Positions 1 through 10,821 of a stretch of DNA of 64,000 nucleotides are shown in pieces. Position numbers and translations under genes: made by a program. The notes under the pieces are model-generated. The model did no database searches and was not told where the DNA came from. It saw only the letters and a program-made list of their open reading frames with translations. The DNA comes from Candidatus Sulfotelmatobacter sp. (GTDB lineage: Bacteria > Acidobacteriota > Terriglobia > Terriglobales > Acidobacteriaceae), in the NCBI GenBank assembly GCA_035308125.1, contig DATGHF010000007.1, positions 12,863-76,862 on the forward strand. The letters run 5' to 3'. Position 1 is the first letter of the stretch; the number at the start of each line of letters is the position of its first letter.

Positions 1-217
1 GCTTGTGGGTACGGATCTCAAACTGCTCCCGCGACTTCTTGTCCACGTGCGGCGAACGCAGCACGCAGTACTTATTCTTTATCGTGGGCAGCGGAATCGG
101 CCCGGCAATCTGCGCTCCGGTGCGCCGCGCCGTTTCCACGATCTCGCCGGTCGACTGATCCAGAATGCGATAGTCGTAAGCCTTCAACCGGATGCGAATT
201 CTTTCTTTTCCAATCAC
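1..217 (-). CDS. rpsJ: 30S ribosomal protein S10, first 72 codons (3' end runs off the window)
   Basis: My own minus-strand translation from GTG at 217-215 gives [72 protein letters not shown], a classic S10 sequence. It sits in the expected position downstream of tuf. It is absent from the ORF track because it has no stop inside the window. Confidence 0.9.
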   Translation of the reverse strand, partial: MIGKERIRIRLKAYDYRILDQSTGEIVETARRTGAQIAGPIPLPTIKNKYCVLRSPHVDKKSREQFEIRTHK

Positions 218-383
218 AATGTCATCTCTCTAACCCCTCCCGGCCAGCTTCTCTAGGAAGCCCGGAAGGAAAGAACTGACGGCAGGATGCAAGCCGCTTC
301 TAAATGCAGAAGTAAGAATTCAAAATGCAGAAGTGGTTGATCTTGTTTTTACTTCTGCATTCTTACTGGTGACTTCTGCCTTG

Positions 384-1571
384 CTATTGCACAATCTCCG
401 CGATCGTTCCGGCGCCAACGGTATGCCCGCCTTCGCGGATGGCGAAGCGCAGGCCCTTTTCCATGGCCACCGGCGTGATCAGTTCGATTACCAGGCTGAC
501 GTTGTCCCCGGGCATCACCATCTCGGTGCCTGCGGGAAGTTCCGCCACGCCCGTCACATCCGTGGTGCGCAAGTAAAACTGCGGACGATAGCCCTTGAAG
601 AATGGCGTGTGCCGTCCACCTTCTTCTTTGGTCAGGATGTAGACTTCCGCCTTGAACTTGGTGTGCGGAGTGATCGACCCCGGCTTTGCCAGCACCATGC
701 CGCGCTCGACATCTTCTTTCGCGATGCCGCGCAGCAAGAGGCCGGCGTTGTCGCCCGCCATGCCTTCGTCCAGTTGCTTCTTGAACATTTCCACGCCGGT
801 CACAACCGTCTTGCGCGTGTCGCGGAAGCCGACGATTTCTACTTCTTCGCCGACTTTCACTTTGCCGCGCTCGATGCGGCCCGTTACCACCGTGCCGCGG
901 CCTTGAATCGAAAAAATGTCTTCAATCGGCATCAGGAACGGCTTGTCGAGTTCGCGCGCCGGCTGCGGAATATATTTGTCCACCGCCGCCATCAGCTCGT
1001 CGACCTGCGCCTCACCTTTTGCTTCGCCATTCAGCGCGCCCAGAGCCGAAACCCGGACCACCGGAACATCGTCGCCGGGAAACTTATACGACTTCAGCAA
1101 CTCGCGCACTTCCAGTTCAACCAGTTCCAGCAACTCGGGATCGTCCACCGCATCGACTTTGTTCAGCGCAACCACCAGATAGGGCACGCCCACTTGCCGC
1201 GCCAACAGCACGTGCTCGCGCGTCTGTGGCATCGGGCCGTCGGTGGCGGCGACTACGAGAATGCCGCCATCCATCTGCGCCGCGCCGGTGATCATGTTCT
1301 TGATGTAGTCGGCGTGGCCGGGGCAATCGACGTGCGCGTAGTGCCGGTTCGCGGTTTCGTATTCGACGTGCGCCGTCGCGATGGTGATGCCGCGGGCTTT
1401 TTCTTCGGGCGCGTTATCGATCGAATCAAACGACCGGAACGTGTTCTTCGGATTGTGCTTCGACAACACTTTCGTGATGGCCGCCGTCAACGTGGTCTTG
1501 CCATGGTCGATGTGACCGATGGTTCCAACGTTGCAGTGCGGCTTGTTGCGATCAAATTTCTCTTTTGCCAT
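384..1571 (-). CDS. tuf: Elongation factor Tu
   Basis: ORF 384..1604 trimmed to [28 protein letters not shown]. It has GHIDHGKT and DCPGH GTPase motifs and full-length EF-Tu similarity. Confidence 0.98.
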   Translation of the reverse strand: MAKEKFDRNKPHCNVGTIGHIDHGKTTLTAAITKVLSKHNPKNTFRSFDSIDNAPEEKARGITIATAHVEYETANRHYAHVDCPGHADYIKNMITGAAQMDGGILVVAATDGPMPQTREHVLLARQVGVPYLVVALNKVDAVDDPELLELVELEVRELLKSYKFPGDDVPVVRVSALGALNGEAKGEAQVDELMAAVDKYIPQPARELDKPFLMPIEDIFSIQGRGTVVTGRIERGKVKVGEEVEIVGFRDTRKTVVTGVEMFKKQLDEGMAGDNAGLLLRGIAKEDVERGMVLAKPGSITPHTKFKAEVYILTKEEGGRHTPFFKGYRPQFYLRTTDVTGVAELPAGTEMVMPGDNVSLVIELITPVAMEKGLRFAIREGGHTVGAGTIAEIVQ

Positions 1572-1587
1572 TTCAGCTTCTCTCCGT

Positions 1588-1665
1588 AGAGACGCTACTT
1601 GCAACGTCTCTTTTCACTACAATCCGGCCTGCCTGCGCCGGCAGCAGACGTAGCAAGCTACGTCT
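1588..1665 (-). repeat. Stacked hairpins in the fusA-tuf spacer (AGAGACG..CGTCTCT, CCGGC..GCCGG, AGACGTAG..CTACGTCT)
   Basis: Inverted repeats read directly at 1588-1611, 1624-1641 and 1646-1665. Confidence 0.6.
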
Positions 1666-1674
1666 CTAAAACAT

Positions 1675-3762
<2,088 letters not shown>

Positions 3763-3796
3763 GACGTTCTAACTCTTTCTGGGGCTCTCTAAATTC

Positions 3797-3874
3797 GCTC
3801 TTGGCTATTGGCTCTTGGCCTTTGGCTAAGTCAGCCCCCAGCAAGCCAAGAGCTAAAAGCCAAGAGCCAAGAGC
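3797..3874 (-). repeat. Long imperfect hairpin built from GCTCTTGGC-type nonamers in the rpsG-fusA spacer
   Basis: The arms at 3797-3827 and 3844-3874 pair at 26 of 31 positions by manual alignment, with a 16-nt loop. Confidence 0.75.
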
Positions 3875-3881
3875 GGTTCTT

Positions 3882-4352
<471 letters not shown>

Positions 4353-4354
4353 TC

Positions 4355-4386
4355 AGCTTCTAGCTCCTAGCTCATAGCTTCTAGCC
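4355..4386. repeat. CTAG-rich nonamer array (AGCTTCTAGCTCCTAGCTCATAGCTTCTAGCC)
   Basis: Tandem approximately 9-nt units read directly. The array abuts the rpsG start codon and, in mRNA sense, contains an AGGAG. Confidence 0.7.
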
Positions 4387-4421
4387 TGAGCGTACTGGCC
4401 ACTAATCCCTGACCCTGCTTC

Positions 4422-4799
4422 TTACCCCTTCTTCGGGCGCTTGGCGCCGTACTTCGAACGTCCCTGCATGCGGCCGGCGACGCCCACCGCGTCCAGCGTG
4501 CCGCGAATCACGTGATAACGCACGCCGGGCAGATCTTTCACGCGGCCCCCGCGGATCAGCACAATCGAGTGCTCCTGCAGGTTGTGGCCAACCCCTGGAA
4601 TATAGGTGGTCACTTCAATGCCATTGGTCAGCCGCACGCGCGCCACTTTGCGCAAAGCCGAGTTCGGCTTCTTCGGCGTCTGCGTGTACACGCGGGTGCA
4701 AACTCCGCGCTTCTGCGGACATCCCTGCAATGCCGGGCTGGCCGTCTTGTAACGTGGCCGCTTGCGGCCGTCACGCACCAATTGATTGAACGTAGGCAC
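4422..4799 (-). CDS. rpsL: 30S ribosomal protein S12
   Basis: 125-aa [42 protein letters not shown], typical S12. Confidence 0.97.
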   Translation of the reverse strand: MPTFNQLVRDGRKRPRYKTASPALQGCPQKRGVCTRVYTQTPKKPNSALRKVARVRLTNGIEVTTYIPGVGHNLQEHSIVLIRGGRVKDLPGVRYHVIRGTLDAVGVAGRMQGRSKYGAKRPKKG

Positions 4800-5416
4800 T
4801 CTTAGTCACTCCTTAGCCGCGCCACATCCGAGCGCAACATCCTGCCTTCTCGCGCAGGCGGCACAGCTCAAATCCTGCTGCAATCCTTTTCGAGGATGCG
4901 CATCCGTGGGCATGGCCGGCTCATGTTTAGCAAAACATGCTTAACAAAACAACGCCAACCATTACTTCTCACCGCGCAACTTCGTTAGTGCAAGCTAACG
5001 CCGGAGAGATTCTGGATTCCCCTTCAGACTTTCGCTGCCGACGGTGGCACCCGGCCAAACTCCGGGGGCGCTCCGTTTCGTCAGCCTTCCCCTGCATATC
5101 CTTCCGCAAAAGGGCGGAAGGCACCGCAGGAGTATTTCAGCGAGGAAAGTTTCCGAACCACACTTCATCCGGAAACGCATTTCTCGAAAGCTCAACTGTG
5201 AAGTGTGCGCACAAAATAGCGACAGCGCACAGCCAGCCTGGGTGATCTCGCGGAACCTATTTAATATAGCAAGCGGATCCGAACATCGTCAACCCGCGTT
5301 TTTGCATCCCAGAACCGGGACACCAGAACCGGAACAATTTGGACCGGGAGCTGCGGCGAAAAATGCAATTTGCCCTGCTGGCGCTTGCCGATTCCGCGCT
5401 GAGCCTCTAGACTACA

Positions 5417-5464
5417 GGTTTCCCAATTCGTACGGTTCCCAATTCATTGCAGGTTTCCCAATTC
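5417..5464 (+). promoter_or_regulatory. Three direct copies of GGTT(T)CCCAATTC spaced 17-18 bp apart, upstream of the lipoprotein gene
   Basis: Copies at 5417-5429, 5434-5445 and 5452-5464 read directly. They lie about 45-90 nt upstream of the ATG at 5507. Confidence 0.45.
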
Positions 5465-5506
5465 CATCGAGCGGCTCGCCCGGAACGGGGCGAGGAGAAA
5501 GGATGC

Positions 5507-7966
5507 ATGGGCAGGTTGCGCGCGCGGCGTCTGGCATGTGGGGTAGCGGTGGGCTGGTTGCTCATTCTCGGGGGCTGCGGCGGACACACGTTTGTATCGT
5601 CCTCTCCATTTCCGGCGAAGATTACCCTCACCCCGGGAGGCAGCACCTCGCTACAAATAGGCGGCACCGCCAGGTTTTCCGCCAGCGCCGTCAACAGCTC
5701 CAATTCCAACCTCAATATCGCGTTCACCTTCCAGTCCAGCGATACCAGCATTCTCAACTTTGCTCCGGGCGGACAGGCTTGCGGCGGCCGGTGGGACGCC
5801 GCGTTCATCGTATGCAATCCAGCCGCTTCCGGCGTAGTTCAGGTCACGGCCACGGCGGACGGTGTCGTCAGCCAGCCAACGCTGGTCTTCGTCCATCCGC
5901 CGATTGATAACATCGTCGTGACCGAGTTTCCCCCCTCGCCCCCGTACGTGACCCCAGTGCCGTGTATTTCCCAGGGGCAGACCATGACTTTGCAAGCCGC
6001 CGCCTACAGTCAGGGTGTGGACGTCACGCCTTCGGTCGGCCCCTTCACCTGGTCGGTAACGAATCCCAGTGTCGTGACCATCACTCCCATCGTGACCAAC
6101 CCGACTTTGGGCGTCGCCACCAATCAAGCTACCGCCACCGCGGCCGCGCCAGGCTTCACTCAGATTTTCGCCAGCGCCACCAACGTATTCAGCTCCGCGT
6201 TTCAGCAGTTCAACAGCAATGCGAATGCGCCGATCTGGAACTTCTTTGAAACCTGCCCGGTGCAGACCATCACGCTGCAACTCGGCCCCGCCGGTTCGCA
6301 GCAAAGCGGCCAGACCCTGTTCACCACCAACAAAGGAACCTCGCAGACGGTTACGGCGATTGTCTACGACGTGATCGGAAATCTGGTCGCCAAGCCATCC
6401 TTGACATGGACCTCGTCCCAGCCGCCATCGGTTTCAGCCCCGGCCTCTTGCAACGTGAGTCTCACCTGCTCGGTGAGCACGGCGAACCCGGGGGCCGGGA
6501 CCGTAACTGCTTCCTGCACTCCACCTTCCTGCAATGTGGGATTCCCGCTGGTCCCCGACAACGTTCTCAACGACCCTCAGCTGAGCAATCCCCAGCTGTA
6601 TGTTCCCGTCCCTGTATATGCCGGCACTGCGATCTCTGGCGTAGTCGATGGGGCAGCTGCAGGCACCGGTGTGCTCGCTTCCAGTCTGGACTGCGCTTCT
6701 AATTTTCAATGCTCTGTCGCTCTCTACAATGTCTCAACAGCTGCCAATCTGCCGGGCAGTCCGCTGACGCTTCCGACGGAACCAAATTCTCTGCTTTTCG
6801 ACGTGGCTGGCGACAAGGCGTACGTGGGAAGCGGTTTCGGCGCCTTTACCATGAATCCGTCAAATCTTGGCACTGCCAGCAGTCCCTTCGGCGGACTCGG
6901 CACTATTACCGGAAAGATCTTGGCGGTTTCAACCAATGGACAGCTGGCGGTTTTTTCCGACACCGTGCACACGCCCAACCAGGTTTACATCGTGAATAGC
7001 GTCAACGCTTCGTCCCCATCAATCAGCGATTTCGCGATTTCTGGCGCAGTCGCCGCCGCCATTTCACCGGACAACCTGAAGGCTTACATCCTGGCCTGCG
7101 TCCCCGGCGGGGGGCCGTGCGGTTCTGGGGGAAATACGCTTTTTGTGTATTCCACGCTGCAGGCCCTGCAAACCATCCCCTTGAGCGCGCCTGCCAGTGC
7201 CGTCACGTTCTCCTCGACGGGAGCGTTTGCCTTTGTGACCGGCGGCAGCACGAATTCCTCCGTCACCACTTTCAACACTTGCAACAACGCGCTCTCCACC
7301 CCACCGCCGCCGAACCCGCAGGTCCCCCTTGTTATCACCTTGCCGGCTGAGCCTTTGTTTCTTCAGGTCCTGCCGGCGGCTGGCGCACCCCCTCCGGTGA
7401 CGCAAGCTCTGCTCAACCCCCTGCCCACGGCCACAGGGCTAGACGTGCTCATCGCGCTCGACAATACCGGCATCGACCTTATCGCCACCGACGCAACCGT
7501 ACTCGGAGCGGGCGAACCGCCAACTCCGGAGCCGCCTTGCCCGCAGTACATCGAGCAGGCCTCGAATTCGACGCCCCCGCACGTCACTTTTCCGCCGCAG
7601 CACATCGGTTTCGGCCTGGGGACTTTTCATCCGATTAATTTTTTCGTCTCGCCTGACGGGAGCAGGGCCTACGTGGTGACCACCGACTTCAGCAGCATCC
7701 TGGTTTTCAATTTCAACACCGGCTCCCTCAGCGACAGCATTCCGCTCGTGGGCAATGCCATTCCCGTGAGCGCGTCCATGACCGTGGACGGAACCTTAAT
7801 CTACGTCGCCGCCAGTGATGGCATGCTGCACCAGGTGAACACCCTTTCGGCCGCAGATCTGCAACAGATTTCTTTCCCCAACCTGCCCGATGTGAACAAC
7901 CCCTTTTGCTCTTTCGGATCGACCACGCTCAGTTGCAACCTGAACCTGGTGTCGGTGAAACCTTAG
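5507..7966 (+). CDS. Large secreted lipoprotein with Ig-like repeats and a beta-propeller-like C-terminal region; function unknown
   Basis: ORF 5447..7966 trimmed to MGRLRARRLACGVAVGWLLILGGCGG (lipobox), with a GAGGAGAAAGG SD upstream. It has Thr/Ser/Pro-rich repeats, and the C-terminal segments (AYVVTTDFSSILVFNFNTGS, LIYVAASDGMLHQVN) resemble YVTN/propeller blades. Confidence 0.7.
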   Translation: MGRLRARRLACGVAVGWLLILGGCGGHTFVSSSPFPAKITLTPGGSTSLQIGGTARFSASAVNSSNSNLNIAFTFQSSDTSILNFAPGGQACGGRWDAAFIVCNPAASGVVQVTATADGVVSQPTLVFVHPPIDNIVVTEFPPSPPYVTPVPCISQGQTMTLQAAAYSQGVDVTPSVGPFTWSVTNPSVVTITPIVTNPTLGVATNQATATAAAPGFTQIFASATNVFSSAFQQFNSNANAPIWNFFETCPVQTITLQLGPAGSQQSGQTLFTTNKGTSQTVTAIVYDVIGNLVAKPSLTWTSSQPPSVSAPASCNVSLTCSVSTANPGAGTVTASCTPPSCNVGFPLVPDNVLNDPQLSNPQLYVPVPVYAGTAISGVVDGAAAGTGVLASSLDCASNFQCSVALYNVSTAANLPGSPLTLPTEPNSLLFDVAGDKAYVGSGFGAFTMNPSNLGTASSPFGGLGTITGKILAVSTNGQLAVFSDTVHTPNQVYIVNSVNASSPSISDFAISGAVAAAISPDNLKAYILACVPGGGPCGSGGNTLFVYSTLQALQTIPLSAPASAVTFSSTGAFAFVTGGSTNSSVTTFNTCNNALSTPPPPNPQVPLVITLPAEPLFLQVLPAAGAPPPVTQALLNPLPTATGLDVLIALDNTGIDLIATDATVLGAGEPPTPEPPCPQYIEQASNSTPPHVTFPPQHIGFGLGTFHPINFFVSPDGSRAYVVTTDFSSILVFNFNTGSLSDSIPLVGNAIPVSASMTVDGTLIYVAASDGMLHQVNTLSAADLQQISFPNLPDVNNPFCSFGSTTLSCNLNLVSVKP

Positions 7967-8010
7967 CGGATTGCTCGCCAGACTCCACCTCCGAAGTGTG
8001 GCATTTGATG

Positions 8011-8069
8011 GCCCGGCACGTAAGTGCCGGGTAAAGTGAAGCGATCAAGCGAGTCCCGACAGGGACGGC
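8011..8069. repeat. REP-like two-hairpin element (GCCCGGCACGTAAGTGCCGGGT ... AGTCCCGACAGGGACGG)
   Basis: Both hairpins read directly. The same architecture recurs inside a CDS at 30886-30968. Confidence 0.7.
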
Positions 8070-8122
8070 GCCCCGCTCTCTCTGCACTCTCTCAGGGCGA
8101 AGGGTGACTGAATCGGGAGGCC

Positions 8123-8539
8123 CTACGCGGGTTTTTCCAATTCCTTCCCGATGCTATCCAGCACGCCATTCAGAAAATGCACGGATTCCGGCGTTGAAAA
8201 CTTTCGCGCAATCTCCAGCGCTTCGTTGATCACGACGGCTCGCGGAGTTTCGCGGTAAGCCAGCAACTCCGCGACCGCCGCGCGCAAGAGATTGCGGTCG
8301 ACGGCGGCCATGCGTTCCATGCGCCAGTGTTCGGCATGACGTTCAATCAGGCCGTCGATTTCCCCCGCGCGGTCCGTAGCCACGCGGAACAGATCGTCGG
8401 CAAACCCGCGCACATCGGCGCTGGTAGTGCCATGCTCGCCCCAGAAGGTGCGCCGCACGTGATCGGCGTCCTGCTTCCCCAGGTCCGCCTGGAAAAGCAT
8501 CTGCAGAGCCATCTCGCGGGATTTGCGCCGAGTACCCAT
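8123..8539 (-). CDS. nusB: Transcription antitermination factor NusB
   Basis: 138-aa ORF MGTRRKSREMALQMLFQADL..., NusB-like, immediately downstream of ribH as in many bacteria. Confidence 0.9.
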   Translation of the reverse strand: MGTRRKSREMALQMLFQADLGKQDADHVRRTFWGEHGTTSADVRGFADDLFRVATDRAGEIDGLIERHAEHWRMERMAAVDRNLLRAAVAELLAYRETPRAVVINEALEIARKFSTPESVHFLNGVLDSIGKELEKPA

Positions 8540-8661
8540 GTGAGCTATCCGCCGTCAGCTTTCAGCCATCAGCTTGAGTCTACAAGAGGAAGCGGTCAGA
8601 GATGCGGATGATATCCAGGAATGGAGAGCCAGGCTAATGCGCGTTTTGCGAAATCTGAAGA

Positions 8662-9192
8662 TCACTTCTTTCTTTTGGACTTGATTTTGGCTTTGTCTTT
8701 GCTCTTGCCGACAGCTGAGACCTGAGGGCTGATAGCTTTCTTGAGCGACGCCATCTCCACCGCCGCCAGCGCCGCTTCGAATCCCTTGTTCCCCATTTTC
8801 AGGCCGGCGCGATCAATCGCCTGCTCCAGCGTCACGCAAGTGAGCACGCCGAACGCATGCGGAACGCCTGTTGCCTGCGCCGATTGCCCAATTCCCCGCG
8901 CGACCTCGTTCACGATCACGTCGTAGTGCGCCGTATCGCCTCGCAGAAGACAGCCTAAACAAATGACGGCATCATATTTCCCCGTCTCCGCCAACGTGCG
9001 CGACGCCAAAGGAATCTCAAACGCTCCCGGTACGCGCACGATCTCGATGTCTTTTTTTCTTGCTCCCGAACGCAGCAGTCCATCGTAAGCGCTCTGTAGC
9101 AGCCGCTCCGTGATAAAGGCGTTGAAGCGCGAAACCACGATGCCAAAACGTTTTCCGGCAGCGCTGAGACTTCCTTCCAGAGCCGGCAGCAC
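8662..9192 (-). CDS. ribH: 6,7-dimethyl-8-ribityllumazine synthase with a Lys-rich C-terminal tail
   Basis: Contains [20 protein letters not shown]...[10 protein letters not shown], the lumazine synthase signature. GTG start. The tail reads [18 protein letters not shown]. Confidence 0.92.
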   Translation of the reverse strand: MLPALEGSLSAAGKRFGIVVSRFNAFITERLLQSAYDGLLRSGARKKDIEIVRVPGAFEIPLASRTLAETGKYDAVICLGCLLRGDTAHYDVIVNEVARGIGQSAQATGVPHAFGVLTCVTLEQAIDRAGLKMGNKGFEAALAAVEMASLKKAISPQVSAVGKSKDKAKIKSKRKK

Positions 9193-9252
9193 GGGCTCCG
9201 CAGAAAGCCGTGAAGCTTCATCGTGATTGCGTTTCTTCTCCGTGACTCAGTG

Positions 9253-9302
9253 TCCGTGGTGGATTTAGTTTTGATCCGTGGAAATCCGCGCAAATCCGCG
9301 GC
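9253..9302. repeat. Stutter element of (A)TCCG(T/C)GG units
   Basis: TCCGTGG..ATCCGTGGAAATCCGCGCAAATCCGCGG read directly, just downstream of the crotonase stop. A related copy lies at 11088-11116 downstream of hbd. Confidence 0.65.
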
Positions 9303-9309
9303 CAAGAAT

Positions 9310-10092
9310 TTACTTCCCCTTAAACTGCGGCGCGCGCTTCTCTAGAAACGCCGACGTCCCTTCTTTCTTATCTTCGGTGGCGCAGGAGACCGCGAATAGT
9401 ACAGCCTCCAGATACAATCCCTCTGCCAGCGTCATCTCCGTTCCTTTGTTGACGGCCTCCATCGCATACTGCACCGCCAGCGGAGCGTTCGCGATAATCT
9501 TCGCCGCGATCGCTTCCGCCCGCGGAATCAACTCGGCGGGCGCGGTGACTTCATTTACCAGCCCGATGCGATGCGCTTCCTGCGCCGTGATCATCTCGCC
9601 GGTTAGGACGTGCTGCATGGCGAGTCCCTTGCCCACTAGCCGCGGTAGGCGTTGCGAGCCGCCGTAGCCGGGAATAATCCCCAGCTTGACCTCGGGCTGC
9701 CCGAGTTTCGCGTTCTCGCTGGCCAGACGCATGGTGCAGGCCATGGCGATTTCGCATCCGCCGCCGAGCGCGAATCCGTTGATGCACGCGATCACCGGCT
9801 TGCCCAGATTCTCGATCAGATTGAGGACGTTCTGTCCGCGATGCGTGTATTCCTTGCCGGTCACGGCATCCTGCTTCGCGAGTTCGCTGATGTCGGCGCC
9901 CGCAATGAACGCCTTCTCGCCCGCACCCGTAAAGATGACAACGCGGATCGCTGCATCGTTCTTGATGTCATGAAACGCCGCCCGCAGTTCTTCCATGGTG
10001 GCCATGTTGAGCGCATTGAGCACCTTCGGGCGGTTCACGGTGACATAAGCGATCGAGTTTTTCTTTTCGAGAAGTATGTTTCCGAAGTTCAT
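9310..10092 (-). CDS. crt: Enoyl-CoA hydratase (crotonase family)
   Basis: 260-aa ORF with VTVNRPKVLNALN...FTGAGEKAFIAGADI, the crotonase fold signature. Confidence 0.9.
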   Translation of the reverse strand: MNFGNILLEKKNSIAYVTVNRPKVLNALNMATMEELRAAFHDIKNDAAIRVVIFTGAGEKAFIAGADISELAKQDAVTGKEYTHRGQNVLNLIENLGKPVIACINGFALGGGCEIAMACTMRLASENAKLGQPEVKLGIIPGYGGSQRLPRLVGKGLAMQHVLTGEMITAQEAHRIGLVNEVTAPAELIPRAEAIAAKIIANAPLAVQYAMEAVNKGTEMTLAEGLYLEAVLFAVSCATEDKKEGTSAFLEKRAPQFKGK

Positions 10093-10093
10093 A

Positions 10094-10516
10094 TCATTTT
10101 CCGAATATCCAGATGAAGACTCGTGCTACCCCGATGAATGTACAAATTGCCAACACGACAAAAACGGTCAAACATCCTGCGGCTGCCGCCTTGCTCTTCG
10201 CCTTGTCCTTCCACGATTTCTGTTTCGGTTGCGGAAAGTCGGGTTCGACATTCTCTCGCCTGATCAGTCTCCTCACGTATAGACCGCGTTTACCCACAAG
10301 GTAATTGAGGTCGATTGGCGTGACGGACTCATCGGGCCCGAGAGGCATCGTAGCAGCTCGCAGCATTTCAATACCTGTCCGCAGAAAACCTTTTCGGTTC
10401 GCGATGAATTCGCAGAAAGCAGCATTTTCTTCGGAATAGACAAACAGCTTCGCTTCTTCCTTGGATACTGCCGCGTCTAGTTCATCCACGCGTGATTTTA
10501 TTTCATCCTCGTCCAT
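10094..10516 (-). CDS. Hypothetical membrane-anchored protein (C-terminal TM helix)
   Basis: 140-aa ORF. Its stop is 1 nt from the crotonase ATG. C-terminal hydrophobic stretch CLTVFVVLAICTFIGVARVFIWIF. I recognise no family. Confidence 0.55.
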   Translation of the reverse strand: MDEDEIKSRVDELDAAVSKEEAKLFVYSEENAAFCEFIANRKGFLRTGIEMLRAATMPLGPDESVTPIDLNYLVGKRGLYVRRLIRRENVEPDFPQPKQKSWKDKAKSKAAAAGCLTVFVVLAICTFIGVARVFIWIFGK

Positions 10517-10584
10517 CGAGCGTTCCTATCTCATCCATCGCCGCCGTCGGCAACATGCTATAATTGTATAGCAGTGAGGGTTCC

Positions 10585-10821
10585 ATGCTAGCCATCCGCC
10601 TTCCCGAAAGCATCGAAAAACGTCTCGACCGCCTGGCTAAACGCACCGGTCGCACCAAGACTTATTACGCCCGCGAAGCCATCCTCCAGCACCTTGAGGA
10701 TCTGGAGGATATCTACATCGCCGAAAAGCGGCTTGCCGAAATCCGGGCTGGGCGCGTTCGCACCATTCCGATGGAAAAGGTTATGCGCCGCTATGGCCTC
10801 AAGCCCAAAGTGGACGATTGA
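10585..10821 (+). CDS. RelB/ParD-type ribbon-helix-helix antitoxin
   Basis: MLAIRLPESIEKRLDRLAKRTGRTKTYYAREAILQHLEDLEDIYIAEKRL, with a GAGGG SD before the ATG at 10585. It overlaps the downstream RelE-like frame. Confidence 0.8.
   Translation: MLAIRLPESIEKRLDRLAKRTGRTKTYYAREAILQHLEDLEDIYIAEKRLAEIRAGRVRTIPMEKVMRRYGLKPKVDD

Noticed and set aside
4937-5250. Possible RNase P / SRP / 6S RNA or a 102-aa ORF upstream of rpsL (contains GAGGAAAG at about 5143)
   Set aside because: After GAGGAAAG the sequence continues TTTCCGAACC rather than the RNase P P4 continuation TCCGGGC. I found no SRP domain IV or tmRNA features, and the ORF translation is not protein-like. It is kept only as an unexplained non-coding region.
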